Below, piece after piece: positions 19,279-29,041 of a stretch of DNA of 64,000 nt. Below the pieces are notes generated by a model. That model worked only from the letters and a program-made list of their open reading frames with translations, did not search any database and was not told the origin of the DNA. Both the position numbers and the translations under genes were made by a program. Source of the DNA: an uncultured Acidobacteriota bacterium (lineage in GTDB: Bacteria; Acidobacteriota; Thermoanaerobaculia; Multivoradales; JAHEKO01); contig CAVQNG010000003.1 in assembly GCA_963713825.1 (NCBI GenBank), positions 1,568,001 through 1,632,000 of the forward strand. The letters are read 5' to 3'. The first letter of the stretch is position 1. Each line of letters begins with the position of its first letter.

Positions 19279-21207
19279 CTACATCCTGTCTGGGAGAGGC
19301 AGTCCGAGAAGATCGCTGAGGATGGTGAGGCCCAGAACGAACACCTGCATCGTGGCGAGTCGGGCATTGCGTAGCCCCGGGTCGGACTCCTGCAGAATGG
19401 GATGACGATGGTAGATGGCGTGGAACTTCTGGGCCAGTTCGAGCGCATGCCGCGCCAGCAGTGATAGCTCCAGGGACTCCCCGGCTGCCCTGGCTTTCTG
19501 CGGGATCAGTGCGACTGCCAGAATCAGGTCCCAGAGATCGTCGGCCCAGACCTCCGGTGGCAGGGTGCCCACTGCCGATGGGGCGACCTCTGTGGGTAGG
19601 CCAGCCTCGCCGAGGCGGCGGCCGATGTTGAGTGCTCTGACCGCCGAGTACTGCAGGTAGGGTCCAGAGTCGCCCTCGAAGCTCAAAGCCTCATCGAGGT
19701 CGAAGGCGATGACCCGATTGGTCGTGGCCTTGACCATGAAGAAGCGCAGAGCCGCGATCGCGATCTGGCGTGCCAGGACGTCGAGGGCCTCCGGGCTGAG
19801 CTCACGATTCCGCGCGCTGATCTCCTCACGACTCTTGGCTTCCAGCTGGTCGATGAGATCGTCCGCTTTGACCCCGATGCCCTTGCGCCCGGACATCTCG
19901 AGATTGCTGGCCGACCCGTCGTCGTCCTCTTCGAGAAATCCGAACTGTCGGGCGGTGGACGGTGACAGAGTCACCATTTCATAGGCGAAGTGAATCGACT
20001 GTTGGGCCTGTTCCTGGTACCCGAGCGCTTCGAGTCCGGCTCGGACGATCTTCTGGAGATAACTCTGGCGGATGTCGATGACGTTGATCACGCGGTCCGC
20101 CTTGCCGAAGGCCGGGTGGCTGGGCACGCCACCGGCGACCGTGGTTTCCCATACGTCCTCTGCCTGCCAGAAGCGGTATTCGAAATCCCGGTCGAGCAGG
20201 CCGAACTTCCACAGCTGGTAGGCGATGTCTTTGCCGACATAGGTCACGGTGCCGTCGGAGCGGACGATCACCTTGTCGGGATCTTCGAGGCCGGCGAACT
20301 CCTCGCTGTCCGATAGCGGCATGACCCAGCAGCCTTTGTTCTTGCCATCGTCCTCGAGATGGACGGCGCCGGTCGACTTGAGCTGCTCGAAGGCCTCGGT
20401 AAAGAAATCGAGGCCCAGAACAGCTCCCTCGTGGGTCAAGAGGTCGTAGGCGATGCTCAGCCTCCGCATCGTTGCCAGGTGTCGGCTGACGACGCGGCGT
20501 GAGACGAGACGACCCATTTCGGCGCGGGGCCCAGAGCCCTCTTCGAGCTCTTTCAGTGTCTGGCGCCTGAGCTCCTGATTCTGTGGGTCCGCTTCGTACC
20601 ACTTGCCGACTTCACTGTAGAGGTCCCAACAATAGTAGTCGAACGGCTCAGGCAAGCCAGCCACTTCGTCGATGTTCATTTGCCGCAGGTCCATGAAGCC
20701 CACGATGACGTCGGCCAGCTGCACGCCGGTATCGTCGATGTAGTTCTCCACCTCGACCGTGTGGCCCAGGGCGCGTAGTACCTTGCTCAGCACATCTCCG
20801 AGAACTGCGTTGCGAAGATGACCGATGTGAGCGGCCTTGTTGGGGTTGATATTGGTGTGCTCGAGAACCACCCGCTCTCCAGCTCCCGCTTCGGGCCGAA
20901 TCAACGGTTCCGACAGCAGTTGACTGGCCACCAGGCTGCGGTCGAGGAAGAAGTTGAGATAGCCGGCTGCCTCGACTCGAAGGTCGCGAACAAAATCGGG
21001 CGAAGGGAAGTCTGCCGCCAGCTCTGCAGCGATACCGCGTGGATTCCGCTTCAAAGTGCGAGCCAGATGCAAAGCGGCCGGGAAAGCCAGATCGCCCAGA
21101 TCCCGGCGAGGTGGAACCTCGACGACTGGTTCGTAGTCGACTCCGTAGAGGGACTCGATTCGGTCGGCTAGAAGTCGCGACAACTCGCTCTTGAAGTCGC
21201 TCAGCAT
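19279..21207 (-). CDS. argS: Arginine--tRNA ligase
   Basis: NPNKAAHIGHLRN (HIGH), MSGRKG, GDSGPYLQY; ends PDRM. Confidence 0.96.
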   Translation of the reverse strand: MLSDFKSELSRLLADRIESLYGVDYEPVVEVPPRRDLGDLAFPAALHLARTLKRNPRGIAAELAADFPSPDFVRDLRVEAAGYLNFFLDRSLVASQLLSEPLIRPEAGAGERVVLEHTNINPNKAAHIGHLRNAVLGDVLSKVLRALGHTVEVENYIDDTGVQLADVIVGFMDLRQMNIDEVAGLPEPFDYYCWDLYSEVGKWYEADPQNQELRRQTLKELEEGSGPRAEMGRLVSRRVVSRHLATMRRLSIAYDLLTHEGAVLGLDFFTEAFEQLKSTGAVHLEDDGKNKGCWVMPLSDSEEFAGLEDPDKVIVRSDGTVTYVGKDIAYQLWKFGLLDRDFEYRFWQAEDVWETTVAGGVPSHPAFGKADRVINVIDIRQSYLQKIVRAGLEALGYQEQAQQSIHFAYEMVTLSPSTARQFGFLEEDDDGSASNLEMSGRKGIGVKADDLIDQLEAKSREEISARNRELSPEALDVLARQIAIAALRFFMVKATTNRVIAFDLDEALSFEGDSGPYLQYSAVRALNIGRRLGEAGLPTEVAPSAVGTLPPEVWADDLWDLILAVALIPQKARAAGESLELSLLARHALELAQKFHAIYHRHPILQESDPGLRNARLATMQVFVLGLTILSDLLGLPLPDRM

Positions 21208-21292
21208 GGCCAGCGGAGTCTATATCAACTAGCCCCAGCGGTCTGGCTTGATATGATTAGGCGTCTCCTGGACAGTGAGGAGAGAACAGCAC

Positions 21293-21847
21293 ATGGCCAA
21301 GAAGACCCAGAAGAACCTCGTCTCCATCCAGTTGAACGGGACCCGTCTCGAGCTCTTGGAGGGCGACATCACCGAGCTCGTGCTGGATGCCATCGTCAAT
21401 CCGGCCAACGAGAAGCTCGAATTGGGCACGGGTGTGGCGGGAGCGATTCGCGAGAAGGGCGGCCCTTCGATTCAGAAGGAGTGCGACCGGATTGGTGGGA
21501 CGGCAGTGGGAACAGCGGTCATCACAGGCGCTGGGGATCTGCCGATCAAACACGTCCTGCATGCCGTTGGCCCGCGAATGGGCGAAGGCGACGAAGATCG
21601 CAAGCTTGCCTCCGCCGTGCGCGCTTCGCTGGCGCTGGCCGATCGTCATGGCCTCAAGTCGATAGCGATTCCCGCTATTTCGACGGGGAACTTCGGGTTT
21701 CCGGTCAACCGGTGCGCGCGGGTGACCCTGACCGAGATCCACCGCTATCTGCAGGGAGGCACCAAGCTCGAGAGAGTCGTGGTCTGCCTGTTCGACAAAG
21801 ATACCTTCACGATCTTTCGGAACGAGCTCCGCAGAGGCTTCCGCTAG
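21293..21847 (+). CDS. Macro domain protein (ADP-ribose binding/hydrolase)
   Basis: GDIT, DAIVNPAN, GVAGAI, HAVGP and PAISTGNFGFP motifs. Confidence 0.93.
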   Translation: MAKKTQKNLVSIQLNGTRLELLEGDITELVLDAIVNPANEKLELGTGVAGAIREKGGPSIQKECDRIGGTAVGTAVITGAGDLPIKHVLHAVGPRMGEGDEDRKLASAVRASLALADRHGLKSIAIPAISTGNFGFPVNRCARVTLTEIHRYLQGGTKLERVVVCLFDKDTFTIFRNELRRGFR

Positions 21848-21850
21848 GAC

Positions 21851-23068
21851 TCAAGCTCCGAACTTGGCCAACCGACCCGCGTTGGCCAACAACAGTCCCA
21901 TCAACTCGCTGGCAGGAAATGTACCCAGGTGACCCTGGGTAGCTGCAGCTTCCGTGAACTCCTGACAGCTGTCGACAAAGCAGACCGGAGAATGCACCAA
22001 CAGGGGAACGGGGTGCCAGCTGTGCGCGGCCATGGGGGCCGGCGTAGAGTGGTCGCCCGTGATGGCCAGCACCGTTGGCTCCAGGGCGAGCAATTCGGGA
22101 AGGGCAGCGTCCACCTGTTCGAGCACTTGGATCTTGGTCTTCAGGTCGCCATCTTCACCGGCCTTGTCAGTCTGTTTGACATGCACAAAGAAGAAGTCGA
22201 AGTCGGACCAGTTCTCCCTGACCGTGGGGACGATCTCGCGGAAGTACTTGCCGCAGGGAATCACCTCCATGCCGCAAGCTCCAGCCACTCCCCGATAGAG
22301 TGGGTAGCCAGCAAAGGCTCCAGCTCGAAGGTTATAGAGATCCGGGAACTGCGGCAGACGGGGTAGCTGCGATACTCCCCTGAGCAGCACGGTATTGGCC
22401 CTCGGCTCGTCAGCGATGACGGCGTTCATCCTGGCGATGATCTTGGCGAGGAGTGCGGCAGTCGCCTCGGACTCGTTGGTCACTGGCTGCGGAGGCAATG
22501 GCGGCACGCCAGTCTTCTGGGGATCGGTGTCCGCCACGTCTACCGAGTATCCGTCGCCGCGAAGAATCAACACAAAGCGGTGCTCTTCGCCGGCGAAGAT
22601 CTCGACCCGAGCCTCCTCGAAGGAGCTCAAGTCCGCTTGCAGCTCATCGACAAGCCGCTGGCACTCTGCCGTTGGGATGCGACCAGCGCGGCGATCGGTC
22701 AGGTTGCCGTCGGCATCCACCGTGGCGAAGTTGCCGCGCGCTGTGAGATCCCCCGGGCCCACTGAGAGACCCAGTCCCAGTGCCTCGAGAACACCTCTTC
22801 CGATGTCGGCTTCGGGGAGCGTCGGCTCGTAGCCGAAAAGAGACAGGTGGCCAGGGCCGCTGCCTGGTGTGACGCCAACACTCACCGGCACGATTCGACC
22901 GAGGGCGGAGTTTCTGGCCAGGGAGTCCATATTGGGTAGCTCGGCCCGATCGAGAGCCGTCGCAGGTTGATCCGCGGTGCGAAGGTCGCCGACGCCGTCG
23001 AGGACCAGCAGCACGATTCGGCTGTCGTTCTCGATCGCCAAACGGGCCAGAAGATCGATGTGGTTCAT
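21851..23068 (-). CDS. apgM: 2,3-bisphosphoglycerate-independent phosphoglycerate mutase, archaeal type
   Basis: LDGVGD, PGSGPGHLSLFGY, DRRAGRI, TGDHSTP and HSWHPVP motifs. Confidence 0.93.
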   Translation of the reverse strand: MNHIDLLARLAIENDSRIVLLVLDGVGDLRTADQPATALDRAELPNMDSLARNSALGRIVPVSVGVTPGSGPGHLSLFGYEPTLPEADIGRGVLEALGLGLSVGPGDLTARGNFATVDADGNLTDRRAGRIPTAECQRLVDELQADLSSFEEARVEIFAGEEHRFVLILRGDGYSVDVADTDPQKTGVPPLPPQPVTNESEATAALLAKIIARMNAVIADEPRANTVLLRGVSQLPRLPQFPDLYNLRAGAFAGYPLYRGVAGACGMEVIPCGKYFREIVPTVRENWSDFDFFFVHVKQTDKAGEDGDLKTKIQVLEQVDAALPELLALEPTVLAITGDHSTPAPMAAHSWHPVPLLVHSPVCFVDSCQEFTEAAATQGHLGTFPASELMGLLLANAGRLAKFGA

Positions 23069-23125
23069 AGCGGACTCCGAGCTAGTTCTGCTTTGCAGGG
23101 TCGGGTGCGATGTCGAAGATGGAGA

Positions 23126-23548
23126 TCAGGCCACGAAGTAGGCTGTGGCTCGAATCTGCAGACGAGCGCGGGGATGGAAGCCACCCCCGGCCAGGGCGAA
23201 AGCGCTCTTCGCGGCGAAGACGGGCAGGACCAACCAACCATCGAACGAGTTCCCCGGTTCATAGGGTGGAACGACGGGCTCGATCTCTGCCAACTTGTAC
23301 CAGTGCTCTTCTTTGTTGTCGAACCAGCCTCGAACCTCGACATAAGCCCGGTCGAGGTCGATCGTCCGGCGGTTCGAGGGGTACCAGAGGGACATCAGCA
23401 GCCGCGTCTCGTCGTAGGTACCGGTCGGCACGTGACTGCCGCCATCGACCAGCAGCGGAAACCAGAAATTGCCGCCACTGTCGGTGGCGAAGATCTCGGG
23501 CGTCGGGTCGAAGTGGACCTGCTTCGGCTTCGCTGGAGGAGTGCTCAT
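23126..23548 (-). CDS. Hypothetical protein (140 aa, aromatic-rich)
   Basis: ATGA overlap with the aldolase stop; fills the gap in a co-oriented operon. Confidence 0.7.
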   Translation of the reverse strand: MSTPPAKPKQVHFDPTPEIFATDSGGNFWFPLLVDGGSHVPTGTYDETRLLMSLWYPSNRRTIDLDRAYVEVRGWFDNKEEHWYKLAEIEPVVPPYEPGNSFDGWLVLPVFAAKSAFALAGGGFHPRARLQIRATAYFVA

Positions 23549-24198
23549 GAGGCGCCCTGGACTCTTGCCAGCCGCAGCGCCTTGGCGATCTGCTGCCGGG
23601 TACCTTCTTCGTCATTGCCGAGCAGCGGAGCGCCGATCCCGAACGCCGCAGCTCCAGCGGCCCGGTACTCCGGGATCTCGTCGACAGTGAAGCCGCCCGC
23701 TGCCAGCATGGGAATGTCGCCCAAGGGCCCGCGGATCGTAGTGAGATAGCCCGCGCCGCCCACGGGTGGCAGGGGATAGACCTTGACGATATCGGCTCCC
23801 AGATCACGGGCTTCGACAATTTCGGTACAGGTGAGAGCCCCGAGAATCAGGTAGAGACCGGCTCGCCGGGCAACTGCGGTGACGACCGAGCTGACATTGG
23901 GCGAAACCAGGAACTCGGCACCGGCCTCGACCGCAGCCTCGGCTCGTGGCATATCGGTCACCGTTCCCATGCCGATCCAAGGAGGGCCAGAGTCAGGACG
24001 GCCGGACAGTAATTCCCTCACCAGGCTCAGAGCATCGGGGACCGTAAAAGTGACCTCGATCAACTCGATTCCATTGGCCATAAAGAGTCCCGCCTGGCGC
24101 CGGGCTTCTTTCATGCTGGAGGTCCGCACTACCCCGACGATTGGGGCTTTGGCCAGCGAAGTTGCGACCAGAGTTCGTGTGTCGATTGGCTCATTCAT
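23545..24198 (-). CDS. eda: KDPG/KHG aldolase family protein
   Basis: IEVTF, IGMGTV, GAEFLVSP, VKVYP (Schiff-base Lys) and AAGG motifs; start estimated. Confidence 0.88.
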   Translation of the reverse strand: MNEPIDTRTLVATSLAKAPIVGVVRTSSMKEARRQAGLFMANGIELIEVTFTVPDALSLVRELLSGRPDSGPPWIGMGTVTDMPRAEAAVEAGAEFLVSPNVSSVVTAVARRAGLYLILGALTCTEIVEARDLGADIVKVYPLPPVGGAGYLTTIRGPLGDIPMLAAGGFTVDEIPEYRAAGAAAFGIGAPLLGNDEEGTRQQIAKALRLARVQGAS

Positions 24199-24270
24199 AG
24201 GGCGACGCAGTCTATCATCGTGGCTGGTAAAGGTGGTCCACTGGCCGGGTCGGTTCGACGGCCTCAACGA

Positions 24271-25017
24271 TCATGTCTCGTCGCTTGAAGGGCTGCTCAG
24301 ATTGTGAAGGGCGCGACGACAGATCCCCCTGAGGAGGCTCACTTCGCGCTCGGTGAGGCCGGCTCTGGTTGACAGCTGACGCAACTCTCTCGACACGCCT
24401 GCAAAGGTGCTGTCGCGAGCGAAGCCGATTGCCGTCATGACTTCGGAGGCCTGGGACATGAGTCCTTCGACCTGCTCGGCGGGCGCAGCCGGTGGGCGGG
24501 TTACAAGGGAATCCTCTGCCCGTTGCCGCTTTTGAAATAGCTCCCAGGCCAGGATCAGCACGGCCTGACTGAGATTCAATGTTGGCTGCTTGGGCGAACA
24601 GGGGATTTGCACGACCTGGCCGCAGTGAGCCAGCTCTTCGTTCGTCAGGCCAGATGGCTCGGATCCGAAGACAAGCGCACTTCTGGAGTTCTCGCTCTCC
24701 CTGCTGAGGGTGTCGGCCAGCTCGCCGGGGGACAAGACGTGGGCCGTTGGCTCTCGGCTGCGAACCGAGCTGGTCCCGATGATTCGCTGAAAGGGCTCGA
24801 GAGCGCCGCTCAGAGAATCGGTCGTCATGGCATTGTCCAGAATTCCGCGGGCACCGACGGCGAATGCATAGGCAACCCGGCCGAGACCGGTGGCTGGCTG
24901 CACGAGACGTAGATGCTCGAGCCCCATGTTGGCCATCGCACGGGCGGTGGCGCCGATGTTGCCTTCCTCTTGAGGGCGGACGAGCACGATGGTGGGAGTC
25001 AACGGGCCGGAGCTCAT
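24271..25017 (-). CDS. trmJ: TrmJ/LasT SPOUT tRNA methyltransferase
   Basis: NIGATARAMANMG, FGSEPSGLTNEEL and LNLSQAV motifs. Confidence 0.9.
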   Translation of the reverse strand: MSSGPLTPTIVLVRPQEEGNIGATARAMANMGLEHLRLVQPATGLGRVAYAFAVGARGILDNAMTTDSLSGALEPFQRIIGTSSVRSREPTAHVLSPGELADTLSRESENSRSALVFGSEPSGLTNEELAHCGQVVQIPCSPKQPTLNLSQAVLILAWELFQKRQRAEDSLVTRPPAAPAEQVEGLMSQASEVMTAIGFARDSTFAGVSRELRQLSTRAGLTEREVSLLRGICRRALHNLSSPSSDET

Positions 25018-25065
25018 GGAGTGAATCTACCGCGGAGAATGGCTCGAGAGCGAGCCCGACAGCGC

Positions 25066-25094
25066 TTGACAGTCCAGGCGACCGAAGTTATACC
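25066..25094 (+). promoter_or_regulatory. Sigma70-type promoter TTGACA-N17-TATACC
   Basis: Perfect -35 box and 17-nt spacer, upstream of ORF 25174. Confidence 0.55.
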
Positions 25095-25173
25095 TTGATT
25101 GGCACAGGGCCGATTCCAGTCGCCCATCTCGCGGGAGGACCTCGCATCGGCACAGCTCAATGAGAGGAGAGCC

Positions 25174-25485
25174 ATGACGGAAGGCAAAACGCCGCAGACC
25201 TATCTCATCTTCACGGGCACTGGCCCGATTCTGGTTCTGTCGACTTATCCGGAGCTGACCGACGAACGGCTGCTGAAGAAACTCCGTTACAAGGGCATCA
25301 ACAAGTTCATCGCCTACGAAGTCGATACCGGAGCCGTTCAGAAGCGGTATCACGGCTCTTTCGAGGGCATCGCCGAAGACCTGCAGAGTGTCGAGGACAT
25401 TCGGGTGCTGGACTTCAATGGCCACCAGATCATGGCCAACTTCTCGCTCGACGAGCTCGGAGCACCCATCAAGTACAGCGGATGA
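25174..25485 (+). CDS. Small hypothetical cytosolic protein (103 aa)
   Basis: AGGAG SD before ATG 25174; globular composition (YLIFTGTGPILVL, KGINKFIAYEV, RVLDFNGH). Confidence 0.8.
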   Translation: MTEGKTPQTYLIFTGTGPILVLSTYPELTDERLLKKLRYKGINKFIAYEVDTGAVQKRYHGSFEGIAEDLQSVEDIRVLDFNGHQIMANFSLDELGAPIKYSG

Positions 25486-25494
25486 GCCCCCGTA

Positions 25495-25836
25495 GAGGTC
25501 CGTCCGGGCGGCCCGCCGGGGGACGGCGTCGGCTACTCAGACTGCAACGGGGGGCCGCCACCTCGTCTCGTCATCGCGCCCCGTCTCCTGTGCTCTATCA
25601 AGGACCTTGCGCAGCGCTCGACTCGGCGCCCCCTGTCGAACCACCCGAACGAACCTCTGACACCAACAGGGGCATAAGGGCTTAGGGCAGTAGGGGCGTA
25701 AGTGGTGTGGATCGGCTGCTCCCTCGAGCCCCAAAGGGCGGCCGACACGGAGTGCGGCCGGTTCAACCCCCAAGCCCTCAAGGATCGTCCGGAGGTACGA
25801 CCGGACGCCTCAACCCCCAAAGGACCGACTAGGTCC
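25495..25836 (-). repeat. Modular structured intergenic repeat, copy 2 (A array, remnant of B, C, D)
   Basis: Reverse complement matches the A and D modules of copy 1; convergent gap. Confidence 0.95.
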
Positions 25837-26434
25837 GAAAATCCAAGATGTCGTAGGACAACTGCTGGAACAGGGAGCGGGTCAGAGGCAAGGGCAGGCC
25901 CACGACGTTCGTGTAGTTGCCGACGACCCTTTCGACAAAAAGGGCACCGAGCCCCTGAATGGCATAGGAGCCGGCCTTGTCCAGAGGCTCGCCAGTCGAC
26001 ACGTACCAGGAGATCTCGTCTTTGTCGAGAGCGGCGATCCGCACCTCCGATCGGTCCGTGGCGGAGACCAGGGTGTCACGATCGGGCTCGAAAAGAGCGA
26101 CGCCCGTATAGACATCATGCTCTCGGCCGGTCAGACTGCTCAACATCTGGTGCGCCTCGGCTGTGTCGGCAGGCTTGCCGAGAATGCGGCCCTCCAGAAC
26201 GACAACGGTGTCAGCTGCCAGGACCAATTCGCCCGGCCGTGCCACGGCCTGAGCCTTGGCTCGGGCGAGGCGCAACACATGATCTTCGGGTAGCTCGTCG
26301 GTGAGGGCGCTCTCGTCGATCTCGGCCGATCGGACCTCGAAGTCGAGCTGGAGACCTGCAAGGAGATCTCGTCGTCGTGGTGAGGCTGAGGCCAACACCA
26401 GTTGCTCCGGCAGCCTTGGAATCGAGCGGATCAT
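25829..26434 (-). CDS. maf: Maf family nucleotide pyrophosphatase
   Basis: LASASPRR, AADTVV, DKAGSYAIQG and NVVGLP motifs. Confidence 0.95.
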   Translation of the reverse strand: MIRSIPRLPEQLVLASASPRRRDLLAGLQLDFEVRSAEIDESALTDELPEDHVLRLARAKAQAVARPGELVLAADTVVVLEGRILGKPADTAEAHQMLSSLTGREHDVYTGVALFEPDRDTLVSATDRSEVRIAALDKDEISWYVSTGEPLDKAGSYAIQGLGALFVERVVGNYTNVVGLPLPLTRSLFQQLSYDILDFRT

Positions 26435-26470
26435 GCGTCTCCTGACGGACTCCTTTTCCCTGAAGGGGAC

Positions 26471-29038
26471 TCAGGGATAGTAGCCGGGAACGGTCGTGGC
26501 CTCCAAGTCGGGCAGCGCAAGCTCGACCTCGACGCGGCGGAACTCGTCGCCCTGGCTATCGTTGGATTGGTAGGCCAACAGGTACTGGAACCGGAGCTCC
26601 TTCTCGATCGACTCGTAGATCGCCTCCAGCTCGCTGGCTCGACTGATGAAGAAGTAGCGTCCACCGGTGTCGGTGGCGATCCGCTGGAGTCGCATGCGAG
26701 CCTCCATCTCTCGACTGGCCCGTCCGAGGCCGATGCTGTAGATGGCAACACCGGAGCGCTTGGCGAACTCCAGGGTCTCGTCGAAACTGTAGCGGCTGGA
26801 AGAGTCCTCTCCGTCAGAAAGCACAATCAGTGCACGTTTCCCCTTGATTCCGGAGAAGTAGTGCAGCGCGAAAACCAGACTATCGAAGAGAGCTGTCTCG
26901 CCTTCGGCCTGCAGGTCCGCAAGCCCGCCGGCCAGCACCCGGTGGTTGCTGGTGAACGGCACCGCCAGTCTGGGCTCATCGTTGAACACCACCACAGCGG
27001 CCCGGTCTCTGGGCCTGACAGTACTCTCAAAGAACCGCAGCGCAGCCTCGACGGCCTCAGAAAGCTCCTCGACCATGGAGGTGGAGGTGTCCAGCAGGAC
27101 ACCGGCGTGAATCGGTAGGTCTCGGACCCGCTCGAAGCGGCGGATGGTCTGGGGCACGCCTGCCTCGAGAATCTGAAAGGCCTCGCTCCGCAGGCCCTCC
27201 ACTGGAGAGCCGGAGCGGTCGGAGACACTGGTGTAGAGCTCCACGAACTGGATCCGCAGGCGATCCATGTGATCCGGAGTGTTGATAAAGACCAGATCTT
27301 CCGACGAGTTGCCGTCCCGCAGGTAGGCGACGGCGCGAACATACGTGATGCGTTCCTGCTCGGGCAGTAGCAGAGGTTGGGCGTAGGGCGGTTGGAAGAG
27401 AGTCGCCAGGAGGTTGTTGTTGAGGTAGAGCTCGACTCGGTCGAGGACTTCGCCTCGAGGCACATCCACTTCGGCCAGAGCCTGAAGGCTGCTGACGAAC
27501 CGCTCTCCCTGTCGAGGCTGGATCAGGCGCACAGCGAAGCGGTGGGGACCGGCATTGATCGGCACGCGATCGCGAGCCAGTACGCCGCCGGCGTCATCGA
27601 AGGCCACCGCCTCCAGCCTGTGGAGCCGAGGTGAGGGCCCCAGATCGATCTCCACACTGTAGGGTGGGCGGGTTTTACTCATCACCGGTTGGCCGTTGAG
27701 GATGAATGTCACCTTGGCGATTGCCTCTCCCCTGGCGGTCGCTTCCACCCTGAGGCGATCCGTATGCAGCTCGTTGGAGGGAGTCAAGAGCTTGAGATCG
27801 TGATTTCCGGCGCTGAGTGCGGCATCGGCCTCTGCATACAGAATCCCGGTACGTTCCGACCCCTCGACGATCTGGGGCTCGGGCCCTGGTTTCGTGCCGT
27901 CCCGCGGCTGTGAGATGGCCAGTACCTGGATCTCTCGCTCATGGCGGGAGAAACGCTCGGAGTTTCGGTCCTGCACACGAAGGACGATCGTGTAGACCCG
28001 GGGTCGTAGGAATCGTTGGAAGACAAGCGGGATGAAGTCACCGGAGATCTCACCTGCTCGCAGCTCATATCGATAGCGAAAGCTCTCCAGGAGACGGTCA
28101 TCTCGAATGACTTCGCCGTCTACCTCGAATCGGTACCCCTGCTCGTCACCCATGTTGCTCGGAGTGGCCTCTGCGATCGGTATCGAGATCAGTCCCTGCA
28201 CGATCGTTTGGTGACGATGTCGGCCGGGATATTCGAGCTCGAGGGTCGTGGGCAGGGGATTCGTTGCGGAGGGCAGATCTGTCGAACGAGCGAGAAACTC
28301 GTCGGCCCACTGAGCGGAGGGCTGTGGAACGAGCTCGGAATCGGCTCTCAACTGATGCCAATCAGTGGCAATGGCCAGCGCGGCGAAGACCTCGGCACCA
28401 TCCCTACACTGACGGACCCAGGACGGCCTTCCGGATCGCTTCTCGAATGGCGAATCGACAGGTTGGCTCACGAGGGAGCCAAGGCCGTTCGTCGGCGCCC
28501 AGTGGACGAGGCTGCCGGGTGCTGCGGCAGACGTCTGTAGAAAGACCAGGGTAATGGGCTCGGGCAGCTGAGGGCTGGCGTTGAAGAGCCAGATCTCCAT
28601 GGGCTCGAGCTGCTGGGGACAGGGTCCCGTCAAGATCTGATGCGGTGGACCCGCTAGCAGCACCGTCTCGGCCCGATCATCTCTCCGGTCGGGAAAGCGC
28701 TCCTGCACGAGCTGCAGGCGCTGCTGCCAAACCTCGAGAAACTCGTTGTGGCTGGTCTCCTGAAATGGATCACGTTCGCCCCAAAATCGATCGATGAACG
28801 CCTGGCGTCGATAGTCGTGCTGCAGTGACCTGTAGACCGATGCCTCGAACGGGGTAATCAGAGAATCGACAGTGTCGAGCCAGGCGAGCGGATCGGGCGT
28901 CAGCTCATCGGCCGGTGGCAGATCGGCGGCTGCGGCTGAGCCGATTTGGACGGGGACCCAGACAGCGAGTAGAAGACAGAAGAACGCGGCAGCAGGTCCC
29001 GCTAGGTAGGCTGGAGACTCGACCCTGCCCTGTCGCAT
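26471..29038 (-). CDS. Secreted GWxTD-like, Ig-like and VWA domain protein
   Basis: Signal-like N-terminus, FIDRFWGERDP...NEF, MIDAS LLDTSTSM, GETALFD, LSDGED; ends PGYYP. Confidence 0.85.
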   Translation of the reverse strand: MRQGRVESPAYLAGPAAAFFCLLLAVWVPVQIGSAAAADLPPADELTPDPLAWLDTVDSLITPFEASVYRSLQHDYRRQAFIDRFWGERDPFQETSHNEFLEVWQQRLQLVQERFPDRRDDRAETVLLAGPPHQILTGPCPQQLEPMEIWLFNASPQLPEPITLVFLQTSAAAPGSLVHWAPTNGLGSLVSQPVDSPFEKRSGRPSWVRQCRDGAEVFAALAIATDWHQLRADSELVPQPSAQWADEFLARSTDLPSATNPLPTTLELEYPGRHRHQTIVQGLISIPIAEATPSNMGDEQGYRFEVDGEVIRDDRLLESFRYRYELRAGEISGDFIPLVFQRFLRPRVYTIVLRVQDRNSERFSRHEREIQVLAISQPRDGTKPGPEPQIVEGSERTGILYAEADAALSAGNHDLKLLTPSNELHTDRLRVEATARGEAIAKVTFILNGQPVMSKTRPPYSVEIDLGPSPRLHRLEAVAFDDAGGVLARDRVPINAGPHRFAVRLIQPRQGERFVSSLQALAEVDVPRGEVLDRVELYLNNNLLATLFQPPYAQPLLLPEQERITYVRAVAYLRDGNSSEDLVFINTPDHMDRLRIQFVELYTSVSDRSGSPVEGLRSEAFQILEAGVPQTIRRFERVRDLPIHAGVLLDTSTSMVEELSEAVEAALRFFESTVRPRDRAAVVVFNDEPRLAVPFTSNHRVLAGGLADLQAEGETALFDSLVFALHYFSGIKGKRALIVLSDGEDSSSRYSFDETLEFAKRSGVAIYSIGLGRASREMEARMRLQRIATDTGGRYFFISRASELEAIYESIEKELRFQYLLAYQSNDSQGDEFRRVEVELALPDLEATTVPGYYP

Positions 29039-29041
29039 TCT

